From an uncultured delta proteobacterium (lineage in GTDB: Bacteria > Desulfobacterota > RBG-13-43-22), in NCBI GenBank assembly GCA_963790475.1, contig CAWBOS010000015.1, positions 512,001 through 576,000 of the forward strand: a DNA stretch of 64,000 nucleotides, in the 5' to 3' direction. Every line of letters starts with the position of its first letter. The first letter of the stretch is position 1. Under the pieces are notes generated by a model, which ran no database searches, was not told the origin of the DNA, and worked only from the letters and a program-made list of their open reading frames with translations. This document shows positions 1-9,778 of the stretch, one piece after another. The position numbers and the translations under genes were made by a program.

Positions 1-170
1 GCGTCTTCGTAATCTATAGAGACGAAATAGGCTTGTGTGGAATTGCTGTTTAGCATAACCTCACAACTTTTAGGCCACTTAATTTTATCCGAAATTCGAC
101 CCTCGCCATTAGTTGGCGCAAGACATCCGATTAATAAGACTAATACCGTTATGATCACTATCGTCTTCAT
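1..170 (-). CDS. Partial secreted/lipoprotein-like hypothetical protein (runs off window)
   Basis: ATG at 170 opens MKTIVIITVLVLLIGCLAPTNGEGRISDKIKWPKSCEVML..., with no stop before position 1; hydrophobic signal peptide with LLIGC. Confidence 0.55.
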   Translation of the reverse strand, partial: MKTIVIITVLVLLIGCLAPTNGEGRISDKIKWPKSCEVMLNSNSTQAYFVSIDYED

Positions 171-547
171 TATTTCTTTTTTTTGCCTGGACCTTTAGTG
201 TCCATTGTAAATTGATAGGCAACAAGCCGGTTCTATCCAGTGGAGGAGGAGTTATTTTGAAAAATCAGAGCATAGCAATGCAAACCTGATGTGTCTTTTT
301 TTTTGGAATTTCAAAGATCCGTTGGCCTAATTTCGGTGACCCATTCTTCTTGACTAATTTTTTTTAAAATTCATTTTATCAGCGGTCCTGTAGGCATCAT
401 ACATTCCCCAAATCCACAAAATCGGAGTCGTTATAAAACCTACCAGGACATACATAAGCAGGATAGAAATACTGTAGGTTACAAACATCAAAATGCCTTT
501 GAGTATTTGTCCGTTATAAATCTGTCTAAGACCACAATAGAAAAAAG

Positions 548-1997
548 GCCGCATCCGGCTTTTTCATGGGTATCCCCAATATGTTGTGTTTATTGAGGTT
601 TGAATCTTAATGTTGGACAAGTTGGCTGTAGGGGAAATAACTTCAATCCACCACAATGAAAATATATTGCTGTTCGGTAGTGGGATCGATTTCGAAATCC
701 ACAGGCCAATCGCTTGACCTTTTCTATTTTAGCATTGATACTTTCTCCCAGAGCATTGGTGATTCGATGTCTGGCATAAGTGACGATATTGTCGATATGA
801 GTTTTTAGAGTATTGGCTGCTTTGATGACCGGGGCTAACCGTGAATGGGTTGCCCAAAAATACCATCGCTGAAAATAATGACGCATATGCGCCTCATAAC
901 GGTAATCCCACAAATGTCGAATGTTTTCTTTAATAGCCCAAGCTCGGCAAACGCGCAGATCTTTCATCCGAAGCGTTTCAAATTCTTCTCTTCTCCATTC
1001 CGGAATATTCTCTTGACTCCACAACCACAGATACTTGGTCCCCTTCAGCACGGCCTCTCCTTGCTCGGAAAGCAATCGATGTTCATTCTTTCTCACTTTA
1101 TCCACGGCTTCCAGAACGTACTTCATGATGTGAAAACGATCAAAGACGATCTTTTTTTCCGCTCCAGGAATATAGGCCTTGGTGGCCGCAATATAGGGAT
1201 CCCACATGTCCATAGCCACGGCCTGGACTCCGGCCAACTCCTCATGGCTAAACTGCTGATAATAGCTTTCCAGACTTTCCTGTTTCCGATCATCAATAAC
1301 GTACTCAACCGTTCCGTTGTCCAGGTCATATACCAAGGATTCATATTTATGTCCTCGGGCAATAGCCTTTTCATCCACCCCAATACGGGACGGTATGCGA
1401 TGCTCTTTCCGGGACAATCCCCTGATAACAGCTCGTTCCAATGTATTCCAGCTCTGATCCCAGCTCAGACTGCACAGCCTGCCGGTAGCCTCAATACTGC
1501 ATTCTCGGGCTATTCGAATAACAAGGCTTTCAAAGGCATAGGTCATTTCCGAACCATTTTCTCCGAGTTCAGAAGTAATCTGTTTAACTCCATGATCAGG
1601 ACAATTAACCCGAGGCGTCCGAACATGAATATAGGTGGCCATCTGGCAGGTGTCCAGATGCCGATAAATTCTTTCCGGACTATGATCATAAACCCCATAA
1701 AACTGATCACACTCCGGGCATCTTACTTGTATGTCCTTTTCATGATCAAGATAGATGTCCACCCGTTGCTCCGCTTCATTAAGAATCACCCTGGTGATCA
1801 TCCAGGGGGGATGCAGTCCCAGCAGTTTGTAAAAAAAGGTCTTGTCGTCCATCCCTCTTTCTTTGCTAAAGTCTTTATGTTTTATTTTTTAATAAAAAAG
1901 CGGCTGCGAGAATGGGCCCCTAAACGGCTCGTCGGAGCAGTCGTCTTCCATTGTACCACAACATGTTGGGGGCACCCATGAAAAACCCGGGAGCCCC
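548..1997 (-). mobile_element. ISL3-family insertion sequence (~1450 bp)
   Basis: Imperfect ~41-bp terminal inverted repeats (GCCGCATCCGGCTTTTTCATGGGTATCCCCAATATGTTGTG vs GGGGCTCCCGGGTTTTTCATGGGTGCCCCCAACATGTTGTG); 8-bp target duplication GAAAAAAG at 540-547 and 1998-2005. Confidence 0.93.
590..1852 (-). CDS. ISL3-family transposase
   Basis: CPEC/CPDH zinc finger, IGVDEKA, AMDMWDPY, VFDRFH, TNALGESINAKI, GFRN motifs. Confidence 0.95.
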   Translation of the reverse strand: MDDKTFFYKLLGLHPPWMITRVILNEAEQRVDIYLDHEKDIQVRCPECDQFYGVYDHSPERIYRHLDTCQMATYIHVRTPRVNCPDHGVKQITSELGENGSEMTYAFESLVIRIARECSIEATGRLCSLSWDQSWNTLERAVIRGLSRKEHRIPSRIGVDEKAIARGHKYESLVYDLDNGTVEYVIDDRKQESLESYYQQFSHEELAGVQAVAMDMWDPYIAATKAYIPGAEKKIVFDRFHIMKYVLEAVDKVRKNEHRLLSEQGEAVLKGTKYLWLWSQENIPEWRREEFETLRMKDLRVCRAWAIKENIRHLWDYRYEAHMRHYFQRWYFWATHSRLAPVIKAANTLKTHIDNIVTYARHRITNALGESINAKIEKVKRLACGFRNRSHYRTAIYFHCGGLKLFPLQPTCPTLRFKPQ

Positions 1998-2074
1998 GAA
2001 AAAAGAAAGAACCGCAGCTACCCCAGGATTCTTCATAAAATATCCTACTTCTCAAAAATATCCTATCTGGTTGG

Positions 2075-3199
2075 TTAATGTGGGATACTAAAATCATTTG
2101 ATATTGTCTTAATAATATCAGACACTTTAGTTACAGAAATATCAGGATAATAGATATCTGGCTTAATGCCTTTTCCTACACGGGAAATATTGTCAGGGAG
2201 ACGGATGGCAAGGGTGGTCAACCAGAGTTCCCCTCCCTCGGAAAGGGGAAAAATCGTCTGTGATACGAATTTACCAAAACTCTGTTCCCCTGCCACGTGA
2301 GCTAGTTTGTAGTATTGTAAAATTCCGACGATAATTTCTGCGGCGCTAGCGGTACGACTATCGATGAGCAACCATACAGGATTGGAAAGTTTTTTCCCTT
2401 GTGGCGCCCGATATGTTTTAACTACTCCAGTGCGATTATACGTACTGGCTAAACGACGGCCTGCGGGAACAAACAACCCTGCAACATCCAGGGATTCATA
2501 AAAATCGCCCCCGGAGCATCCGCGGAGATCAATCACAACCCGAGTGCCAGGTCGGACCAGCGTTGTGCACAGGGCAGACAGGCTGGGCGCTGTGTCATGG
2601 GAAACAAAATTCCTTATGCGCACAATAATATCAGTGCCTATGCGGTTCCATGTTATCGAAGATGGCCGATATGGAACAGGCATAATCTTGTAATTTTTCC
2701 CTTTGCTTTCCGGGGAGGTGGAAACGGTAAGTATCACTCGCTCCTCTTGTACTGCTCTATCAAGTAAGGATGAAATCCTGGATAAATTATCATTTTCGAC
2801 ATTTATGTTATTGATTGCCAGCAATAGGCCAATTTCAGGAATCCCGGCCTGGTCTGCAGGTCCGTTGGGGTCCGATCGTATCCATAATCTGGATTTATAA
2901 GCAAAAACTTCCATTCCCAAATGAAAGGAGGAAGATGAATTTCCTGGGTAGAAGGGTGGTGGAACATAGCGGGCGTATGGATCGATCGCAAGCAAACCTG
3001 TCGCTAAATGGTTGGTGTCCAGTGCTGCCAGTAATTTGGCGGACGGTGGCCGCAAGGACTTTTTAGCAATGATTGAACGTAGTTCAACAATGGAGGGAGC
3101 TGGCTGTGCTACTGACACAATAAGCGTCAAGTCAATTGTGGACAATAGAAGCAAAATTGCCCATGACTTTGAACACAAACCAATATTAACGTGACGCAT
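2075..3199 (-). CDS. S41-family (CtpA-like) C-terminal processing peptidase
   Basis: IDLRGCSGG, LIDSRTASAAEI (catalytic Ser), GEQSFGK (Lys), GIKPD; PDZ-like segment; probable start ATG 3199 overlapping the upstream gene end; N-terminal hydrophobic stretch. Confidence 0.85.
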   Translation of the reverse strand: MRHVNIGLCSKSWAILLLLSTIDLTLIVSVAQPAPSIVELRSIIAKKSLRPPSAKLLAALDTNHLATGLLAIDPYARYVPPPFYPGNSSSSFHLGMEVFAYKSRLWIRSDPNGPADQAGIPEIGLLLAINNINVENDNLSRISSLLDRAVQEERVILTVSTSPESKGKNYKIMPVPYRPSSITWNRIGTDIIVRIRNFVSHDTAPSLSALCTTLVRPGTRVVIDLRGCSGGDFYESLDVAGLFVPAGRRLASTYNRTGVVKTYRAPQGKKLSNPVWLLIDSRTASAAEIIVGILQYYKLAHVAGEQSFGKFVSQTIFPLSEGGELWLTTLAIRLPDNISRVGKGIKPDIYYPDISVTKVSDIIKTISNDFSIPH

Positions 3200-3731
3200 C
3201 GGAAAGGGCTTGCAAATATTTGACCAACCTCCTGTACTCTTCAGCAAGGCGATCTCTTTCCCTCTTGAGCATTTGGTAGCGACCAGGGTCAGCAGCACTA
3301 CCACCAGCGCGATCCAATTCGGCAAGAGCGTATTGCTGTGATTTTAATCGAAGTCGATGATCTTCAATCTTACGGTTTAGTATGGCTATTTCAGATTTCT
3401 GCTTATCAGATTTAGCATTAAGCTGTTTTATGTCAGACTCCAGACTGGAAAGATCCGCCTCCATCTTGGCCATATGTTCCTGTTCCGATGCGAGCGCAAG
3501 GTCACGATCCTGAGCGGTGCTTTGCAAAGTCTGGGACTGTTCATTTAAATCTTGGTTGAGGCGCTGCTGACCTGACAATTCTTCCTGCCGCTGGTGAATA
3601 CGGGAGTCATAGGCACCTGTACTAAGACCATGCAAGCCTCCAAACAGTCCGCCCTTTCTGGGGTCGTTGCTTACTGCACAGGCTGTCAAGGTAATTGAGA
3701 GTAAGAGAGTGATCACAAACCATCTACACAT
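3186..3731 (-). CDS. Coiled-coil lipoprotein
   Basis: Lipobox LTAC, DPRKGGLFGG motif, long heptad-rich Q/E/K region. Confidence 0.75.
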   Translation of the reverse strand: MCRWFVITLLLSITLTACAVSNDPRKGGLFGGLHGLSTGAYDSRIHQRQEELSGQQRLNQDLNEQSQTLQSTAQDRDLALASEQEHMAKMEADLSSLESDIKQLNAKSDKQKSEIAILNRKIEDHRLRLKSQQYALAELDRAGGSAADPGRYQMLKRERDRLAEEYRRLVKYLQALSDASR

Positions 3732-3733
3732 AA

Positions 3734-4408
3734 CTATCTCCTCACTTTAAGCGATTCAACCAGTTGCGCCATTTGTTTATTGTTACTATCGAGCAGTGCA
3801 ATATTATTTCTTAATGCACTGACTTCCTGATCGAGTTTTGCTACATTCGACTGGCTCTGCGTTTCGCTGATGCTTTTCTGATACTCGGTCAGTGCAATCA
3901 ATTCCTTGCTTTTATCGTCTTTGATTTTATCAGCATCTCTAATCAACTTAATAATTTGACCTTGTTTATTTTTCAAGGCAATCTCCGTAACCCTTCTTGC
4001 CTTATAGAGGGATTTGAGGTTAGAAATTTCTTTGTCCAGGGTATTGATCCGATTGGTTGTTGCCACATTATATTCTTCCAATTGTTTGTTATATTGCATG
4101 ACAACTTGGATCTCGCCATTCAGACGATCCTCCTCATTGGCATATTTCTGCTTCCGATCTGCGACCGTACTTCCTATTGCATAACCTGTACCAGCACCTA
4201 GAAGCCCGCCGATGCCCGCTCCTATGGCTGCCCCCTGTTTACCACCCAGAAGGGCGCCGGCGACGGCGCCTGCTGCAGCTCCAACTCCTGCGCCTAGCAA
4301 TGTTCCCTCCGTTTTGGTTCGGGTTGCATCATTGCTTATGTTAGCACATCCTGAAAACATTGCTAATACAATACCCATGGCTATCAGTTTATTCAATATC
4401 CGCATCAT
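3734..4408 (-). CDS. Glycine-zipper coiled-coil lipoprotein
   Basis: RBS AAGGAG; lipobox FSGC; GAGVGAAAGAVAGALLGG...GAAIGAGIGGLLGAGTG zipper followed by coiled coil. Confidence 0.8.
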   Translation of the reverse strand: MMRILNKLIAMGIVLAMFSGCANISNDATRTKTEGTLLGAGVGAAAGAVAGALLGGKQGAAIGAGIGGLLGAGTGYAIGSTVADRKQKYANEEDRLNGEIQVVMQYNKQLEEYNVATTNRINTLDKEISNLKSLYKARRVTEIALKNKQGQIIKLIRDADKIKDDKSKELIALTEYQKSISETQSQSNVAKLDQEVSALRNNIALLDSNNKQMAQLVESLKVRR

Positions 4409-4441
4409 GACGTCAAGCTCCTTTGTTGGTATGGTATAAAA

Positions 4442-5434
4442 TCAGTCAACAAAATTGTTAAAACGATGTGTGAAATTCGAGAGCATTTTTACTGGATCAG
4501 GTTTAGGGTTGTTGCGCAAGTCATTCACATGACTGGCAAGCAACTCGGCAACAATCTTTTCACGAGGTGCTGGGTCTCCGTTCTTGATTGTATCCATTGC
4601 ATAGGAGACCTGTTCAGGCGTATAACGACCAAGTTCAAGGACTTTGTTGACATAGGCCATCAGGCTTTGATCTCTTGCGTTTCGTGCATTGCTAATCGTA
4701 CTTTCTGCAGATACCACCTGGTCCTGATAGCGGGGGGAAATCGCCTGCAATTGTTTTGCGGCTTGAAGCACCTTCTCGAACTTAGGCAGATTGCAAATCG
4801 TAACTGAAAGATTAGTACCCTGGCGTAGCGCCTCCAACGCTAAAATGCGGGCAGTCTCACGTTTAGAATCTCCTTGTGTAGTCGGTACGGGTGGAGTCGG
4901 AGGGGGAGAAGGAGCTTTTTCAGTTCCACCTGTTCCAGGGGCATACCCCTCTGGGGGGGGCTTGGGTTTATCACGGATGCCAAAATAGACAACAATAACA
5001 ACTAACAATAGGATAGCAACCGCCGCCCATTTCCATTTTCCCCAAATTGCATTACCCTTAGATATAGGGCTATCTATCGGTAAAGATCCATCCTTGAGTT
5101 TTGTCGTTGCGGGTATAGGTTCAGCATGTGATCCTGCCGATTTATTCTCCTCTGAGAGTATTTTCTCCGTATCTGTATTCGGTGTATCGTTTGGAGGTTC
5201 AACATGCTTTTTGGAAGGCTGATTCTCTAGTGAAGGGCTTCCAGGGCTAGCCATCCCAACACTGGCTTCCTCCAAGACCTGTTCCCGAGTTTGCCCGGTA
5301 TCGCGCAACTCGCCAGTCGCTTTTATGACTGGAACGACCACTATCAGAATACCGCAGTAAGGGCAATATGTTACCGGTCCATACAGAAACTTACCGCAAG
5401 CTCGGCATGAAACGGGGTAAGATTGCTCAAGCAT
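4442..5434 (-). CDS. Zinc-ribbon / single-TM / Pro-rich membrane protein
   Basis: CRACG...CPYCG N-terminus, disordered linker, TM WAAVAILLLVVIVVYFGI, PSPPPTPPVP, helical C-terminal domain. Confidence 0.75.
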   Translation of the reverse strand: MLEQSYPVSCRACGKFLYGPVTYCPYCGILIVVVPVIKATGELRDTGQTREQVLEEASVGMASPGSPSLENQPSKKHVEPPNDTPNTDTEKILSEENKSAGSHAEPIPATTKLKDGSLPIDSPISKGNAIWGKWKWAAVAILLLVVIVVYFGIRDKPKPPPEGYAPGTGGTEKAPSPPPTPPVPTTQGDSKRETARILALEALRQGTNLSVTICNLPKFEKVLQAAKQLQAISPRYQDQVVSAESTISNARNARDQSLMAYVNKVLELGRYTPEQVSYAMDTIKNGDPAPREKIVAELLASHVNDLRNNPKPDPVKMLSNFTHRFNNFVD

Positions 5435-5539
5435 GAGGGATTATGTCCTTTATAGACCTAAGGCCGATATTCCTACCCATGCCGTCTTGAGCAATAAAAA
5501 TATTTGCCTGGGTTCTTCTCATCGTGTTCTCATGCTCAT

Positions 5540-6031
5540 TTACTTAAATGCGGTTTTCCTGGTAATCCTGACTTTGTTAGAGGGCACATTTTTCATAGAT
5601 ATTTCCTGTTTAGCGCGACGTTTTGTGCCATCTCCCTTGATGTCAGATTGTTTGTATTGGTCTGGTTTATAAAAGCCACTAACCAACTCTTTTTTCGTAT
5701 GTTTTTGTGGAATTCCCATATTCTTTTTATATGTATTCTCACTTGGCGTCGGGCCTTTCAAGTGCCCGGAAAACAAATACTTACCTTTTTTTATTCCTTT
5801 TTTGCTTATATTTTCTCCAGGATTGGTAGCCCTTGTAAACGGCCGCCATCTTCCGCTATTCCTTGTTTCCGCTTTTTTCATTTCGACTTTATTCTGTTTC
5901 AAGTTCTCTTTTCCGGTTTTTGTCTCTCCCTTGCAGTAAGCAATTTCCGACATTGGGAAGATCAACCCGATTACCATACAGGATATAAAAGTTAGGAGTT
6001 TTATGTCCCGATTAAAGCCTTTTCTGCCCAT
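5540..6031 (-). CDS. Lys-rich hypothetical protein with N-terminal signal/anchor
   Basis: Strong RBS AGGAGG before ATG; hydrophobic LLTFISCMVIGLIFP followed by a very basic low-complexity body. Confidence 0.55.
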   Translation of the reverse strand: MGRKGFNRDIKLLTFISCMVIGLIFPMSEIAYCKGETKTGKENLKQNKVEMKKAETRNSGRWRPFTRATNPGENISKKGIKKGKYLFSGHLKGPTPSENTYKKNMGIPQKHTKKELVSGFYKPDQYKQSDIKGDGTKRRAKQEISMKNVPSNKVRITRKTAFK

Positions 6032-6103
6032 AATTGCCTCCTGGAATCAGTAGCTTGGTATTATAAACGTCCATGCTGATCTACGCGAACCATTCCTGCG
6101 TCA

Positions 6104-9100
6104 CTATACCGTTGGAAGCGGTGGTGGAACCACTCCGAATACAGATGCTATCCCGGCCACAGTTGATGCAGCCGCCCACGAAACCATCCCATCCATCCAG
6201 ACCAATGAATCTTTCGTCAACTGACCTGAGTATACCATTTGACGTAGGATGGGCATATCGAAAGGGCCAGCTTGTTGACCATTCACTGCCACAAATACCT
6301 GGATTTGCTGCTGCGGAAGCGGCGGAGGCCCACCCGGCAAAGTGCCCGCCTGCACCTTTGGCTGTTGCTCAGCCACCACAGCCTGCGGTAGTTTCCAGCC
6401 CGGTTGTAATACTGCATTAAGTAACACTCTCTTGGTCTGGATATTACGCATATTGACCTCATATTGATAAACATCCGAAGCTGACTTGGGGATCTCGATC
6501 GTCCAATCGTGCACCAAATCACTAGCTGTCCGCAACAAACGTTCAGCTGTTCCCTGCCCTAACTTCAGCTCCAATCTCCTGGTCCAATCCTCCACCAACT
6601 TCTCGCACATCAAGGTTGGGAGTGATTTCCGATCCACGTCTACTCCATCACTCCGGAATGTCGCTATGGGGTAAACCGACGATGCATAGTACTCAAGTAA
6701 TGCAATCCACATCGCAAGTTGGTCCGGTGAATTTAATTTTTCCAGATCTTCATCAACCTGTTCCTGTATAATGGGCCGATACACCTCCGGTATTCCGATA
6801 AGCCGGAGTTTTTTCTCATCACCAATTGATTGGGTTCTGCCACGCTTCGTCACACTGTAAAGACCCGCATCCTCCCCTCTCTCTGTGCGTTTAAGCACAC
6901 CCAAAGCGACCGCCTGTACGAATAATTTAAAGTCCTCGGCGCGGGAGGACAATTCATCGAGAGTCAATTCACGGGCATGCACAAATGTACTGGTTGAGCG
7001 ATGGGTATGAACCGGAATTTTATCCTCGCTACGATAGCTGACATACCACTGATCTAATGACTTTAGGGATGGTAACGGTAATCCGGATAGTTCCGTATAG
7101 CAAACCACCTTACCTGGCGTGTCTATATCGACAAATCCGACTTCCTTAGCAGTCATCATGGTCATTGGAGGCAAACGATTCAATAGCAATTTTCCATACT
7201 TGTCCTCAAATTTTTTGGCGTCCTTCACACCGATAAGGCACTTATATTGATCTTTAGGGTTCTGCGGTTTAAGGTAGCCCTCAACCTTTGCTCCCACCCA
7301 CGGCATGGCACGCTGCAGAAAGTCGGTAAACAATTGTGACAGACTTGCATGATTTGCATACTCATCCAAAGCAGCGAACAGAGGGTTCTCTTCATCAGTC
7401 TCCGCATCCCCCCCAATTAGGCTAAGCGCACGGTTGCGAAGCTTGCTCAGAAGCTCGGACCGGCCATCGTCCTCCTTCAACAACGAAAAGAGTTGTTGAG
7501 TTCCTCCAAAATCCTGGAAGGCTTCTTCAGCCCATCGGCGTGCCTGGTCTCGCGGCAATAGTTCCAGTCCATCAAGTCGGCTTTTCGGCGCTGGCAAGAC
7601 AAAGTACATGGCATGACCCTGTTTCATCGCCTCATTGGTGCGGGCAATCTGATCCTCCGCATCGTTAATGATTGCGCGTACCAAGCTCCGCCCTGTTTCC
7701 ATCTCACCAATAAACCCGCCCCAGATAGGGTTGCCATCGGCATCAGTCCCTTGTTGCTTGCCCAAAGCTTCCGATAGGGCATGCACAAGCACTGCTGCCT
7801 CACGGCTTGCTGCGGCATACAGGTGGTAGCGCACATACAATTTGACCGCTTCGGATATCTGCTTGAGCTTCATCTCAGACTGTGTTTGCGCGGATGTCCA
7901 TTTGCCGGTGGCTTGCAGCAGGTGTTCTTGCAGTCTTGCTGTTTCCTCATTGCGTAGCAAGCCCGATAGATCAGAGAACCATTTTGCGTTTTCTTCAAGA
8001 GCCTTAACAATCCCAGTGTTTGCGTTTTCCAGCCTGTCCTTAATACGCTGGATAAGCTCTATCGTATAGTCAAGGCCTCCTCGTTCTTTATTGTCCACTC
8101 TCATCCATAGTGCCCTTAGCAAACCATGGTCTGGAGTGGGATCAAGTAATTCCATAAGCATCTCTGTGCGACGCTTACGAATTGCATCCTCATGAAGACC
8201 ACTGCCTGATTCCACAGCTTTAAAAGTATCATGATTAATATTAGTGAGAGCTTCTGCTACTTTCGAAGGCCACTCCTTGTAGTTACCGCCGGTTCGAATT
8301 TCTTCAAAACGATCAACTATCCGTTTCTCCACATCGTCCAATTTGGAGATGCCATTTACCCTCAGAAGTTCCATGGCCAAGGGATATGTGGTGCGTTCAG
8401 CGCCCTTTTTGTAGAGATCGTTTTTGACAACGAAATCGTAATCGATAATTTCATTATCCACGCCAAGATGCATTCGGTTAGCCAGGATATCATCTCGCTC
8501 ACCCTCCGTTGGGATATTGCTTTTGGGATCGTCGGATGCTACACCAAAAAAAGCCTTTAGCATCCCATTGACTTGACGGAACAACAGAACGTTTTTTTTC
8601 TGCTCCAGGTGAGTGTCTATGGTCGCTTGAGCGAACGATGAGAATGCACGGGAAAAGGTAAGACTCATATCACCGTAAGTTTCCTTCGGCAATGGCATCT
8701 CGTAAGGGACAATCTTGTATTGATTCTGATTGACCGAAATCGAGCGCTTTCTGTTTGCGAAATCCGCCGTCGAGAAATCCTCAAACAGGGAATCGGCAAT
8801 CATGTCGTACAGGTCTTTTATATCACCAGTTTTGGCACCGGCGAGGTTGGCCGTGTCGAGAAGATAGACATCACTGTATGGAGAATTTGACATATCGCGT
8901 GGTATTTCGCCTGCGGTCCACTGTTTAATGTAAGACGACCCTTGGCGCATGCAGGTCTCTAATTCCATCAAAGCGGCATAAGTATTCGCTTCCGTACGCG
9001 TTAAACCCGCCCCTTTGTAACCCGACGGCAGCATGAGTACCAGATTGGTCGTCACGCCTTGATTGGCAGCATCCCTACCAAGCCATCCGGAAAGATACCC

Positions 9101-9745
9101 TAAATCCAAAAAGCTTCCAGATCCGGTACCACCGGCTGTCGAGGCAACCACAACAATTTTGAGTGCGCCTATCTGTACTCTGAAGCCTAAACGTTTTTGT
9201 GCCAGATCTGATTGAACGTTATCCAACAAAGAGTCGGCTTTTGAACGAATGGCGCTCTTTATTTCCTGGTATTTATCAAAAAAATAGAGTCTGGAAATAG
9301 CGCGGATCTGCCCCGCGCCTTTCTCTGGATCAATGTTAAGCTCATTTATAGTTTTCCGGGACAGCGGGAACCACTCTTTAATCAGTGGATAACGATCAAG
9401 ATCCTCATCGCTTTTTGTGTATTTGTTAAGATCCAGCTTTTTGACAAGCTTTTCCGATTCCTTAAACTGTACCTTGTTAGCTAATATGTCACTTTTTTGA
9501 GCAATCCCCTGTTCAGTTTCAAAGGTACTCAAATCAATATAGAGGAACTCAGCAAATGGGAACTCGGTAAGGCTTTCAAGTCGTACCGAATTTCCTGTTC
9601 CGGCGCCCCACAAAGTGTTCAGAATTCGTCTCCGAATCCTCCAAAGAACCTGAGCTCCGGTTCCCCCTAAAGCGATAAACAATGTAGGCACCACCTCCGT
9701 AAGTATAACTTCGGTTTTCTTCCCTTCTTTTGATTCTTCTGCCAT
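6104..9745 (-). CDS. Large tubulin/FtsZ-like GTPase (Tubulin_2 / FtsZl1-type) with C-terminal GYF_2 (DUF4339) domain
   Basis: LFIALGGTGAQV, KGAGQIR, STAGGTGSGS (tubulin GGGTGSG signature), EANTYAALMEL; long helical middle; C-terminal VAVNGQQAGPF...SLVWMDGMVSW...PPPLP; RBS AGGAGG. Confidence 0.88.
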   Translation of the reverse strand: MAEESKEGKKTEVILTEVVPTLFIALGGTGAQVLWRIRRRILNTLWGAGTGNSVRLESLTEFPFAEFLYIDLSTFETEQGIAQKSDILANKVQFKESEKLVKKLDLNKYTKSDEDLDRYPLIKEWFPLSRKTINELNIDPEKGAGQIRAISRLYFFDKYQEIKSAIRSKADSLLDNVQSDLAQKRLGFRVQIGALKIVVVASTAGGTGSGSFLDLGYLSGWLGRDAANQGVTTNLVLMLPSGYKGAGLTRTEANTYAALMELETCMRQGSSYIKQWTAGEIPRDMSNSPYSDVYLLDTANLAGAKTGDIKDLYDMIADSLFEDFSTADFANRKRSISVNQNQYKIVPYEMPLPKETYGDMSLTFSRAFSSFAQATIDTHLEQKKNVLLFRQVNGMLKAFFGVASDDPKSNIPTEGERDDILANRMHLGVDNEIIDYDFVVKNDLYKKGAERTTYPLAMELLRVNGISKLDDVEKRIVDRFEEIRTGGNYKEWPSKVAEALTNINHDTFKAVESGSGLHEDAIRKRRTEMLMELLDPTPDHGLLRALWMRVDNKERGGLDYTIELIQRIKDRLENANTGIVKALEENAKWFSDLSGLLRNEETARLQEHLLQATGKWTSAQTQSEMKLKQISEAVKLYVRYHLYAAASREAAVLVHALSEALGKQQGTDADGNPIWGGFIGEMETGRSLVRAIINDAEDQIARTNEAMKQGHAMYFVLPAPKSRLDGLELLPRDQARRWAEEAFQDFGGTQQLFSLLKEDDGRSELLSKLRNRALSLIGGDAETDEENPLFAALDEYANHASLSQLFTDFLQRAMPWVGAKVEGYLKPQNPKDQYKCLIGVKDAKKFEDKYGKLLLNRLPPMTMMTAKEVGFVDIDTPGKVVCYTELSGLPLPSLKSLDQWYVSYRSEDKIPVHTHRSTSTFVHARELTLDELSSRAEDFKLFVQAVALGVLKRTERGEDAGLYSVTKRGRTQSIGDEKKLRLIGIPEVYRPIIQEQVDEDLEKLNSPDQLAMWIALLEYYASSVYPIATFRSDGVDVDRKSLPTLMCEKLVEDWTRRLELKLGQGTAERLLRTASDLVHDWTIEIPKSASDVYQYEVNMRNIQTKRVLLNAVLQPGWKLPQAVVAEQQPKVQAGTLPGGPPPLPQQQIQVFVAVNGQQAGPFDMPILRQMVYSGQLTKDSLVWMDGMVSWAAASTVAGIASVFGVVPPPLPTV

Positions 9746-9778
9746 ATTTCAACCTCCTATAAGGTTTGCCGCGCTCAA

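Larger units (their letters stand above)
354..2036 (-). pseudogene. TM2-domain small membrane protein gene split by an ISL3 insertion
   Basis: 5' part 2036..1998 encodes MKNPGVAAVLSFF; 3' part 539..354 encodes YCGLRQIYNGQILKG...; removing the IS and one 8-bp duplication restores a 74-aa in-frame ORF. Confidence 0.9.

Noticed and set aside
845-1981. 378-aa plus-strand ORF
   Set aside because: Antisense shadow of the ISL3 transposase with no recognisable motifs
3200-3325. N-terminal extension of the S41 ORF (416-aa call)
   Set aside because: Overlaps the upstream lipoprotein gene; ATG 3199 gives a plausible signal sequence
6104-9745. Canonical FtsZ or a plasmid/phage TubZ/PhuZ
   Set aside because: About three times longer, with no division-cluster or TubR/centromere context
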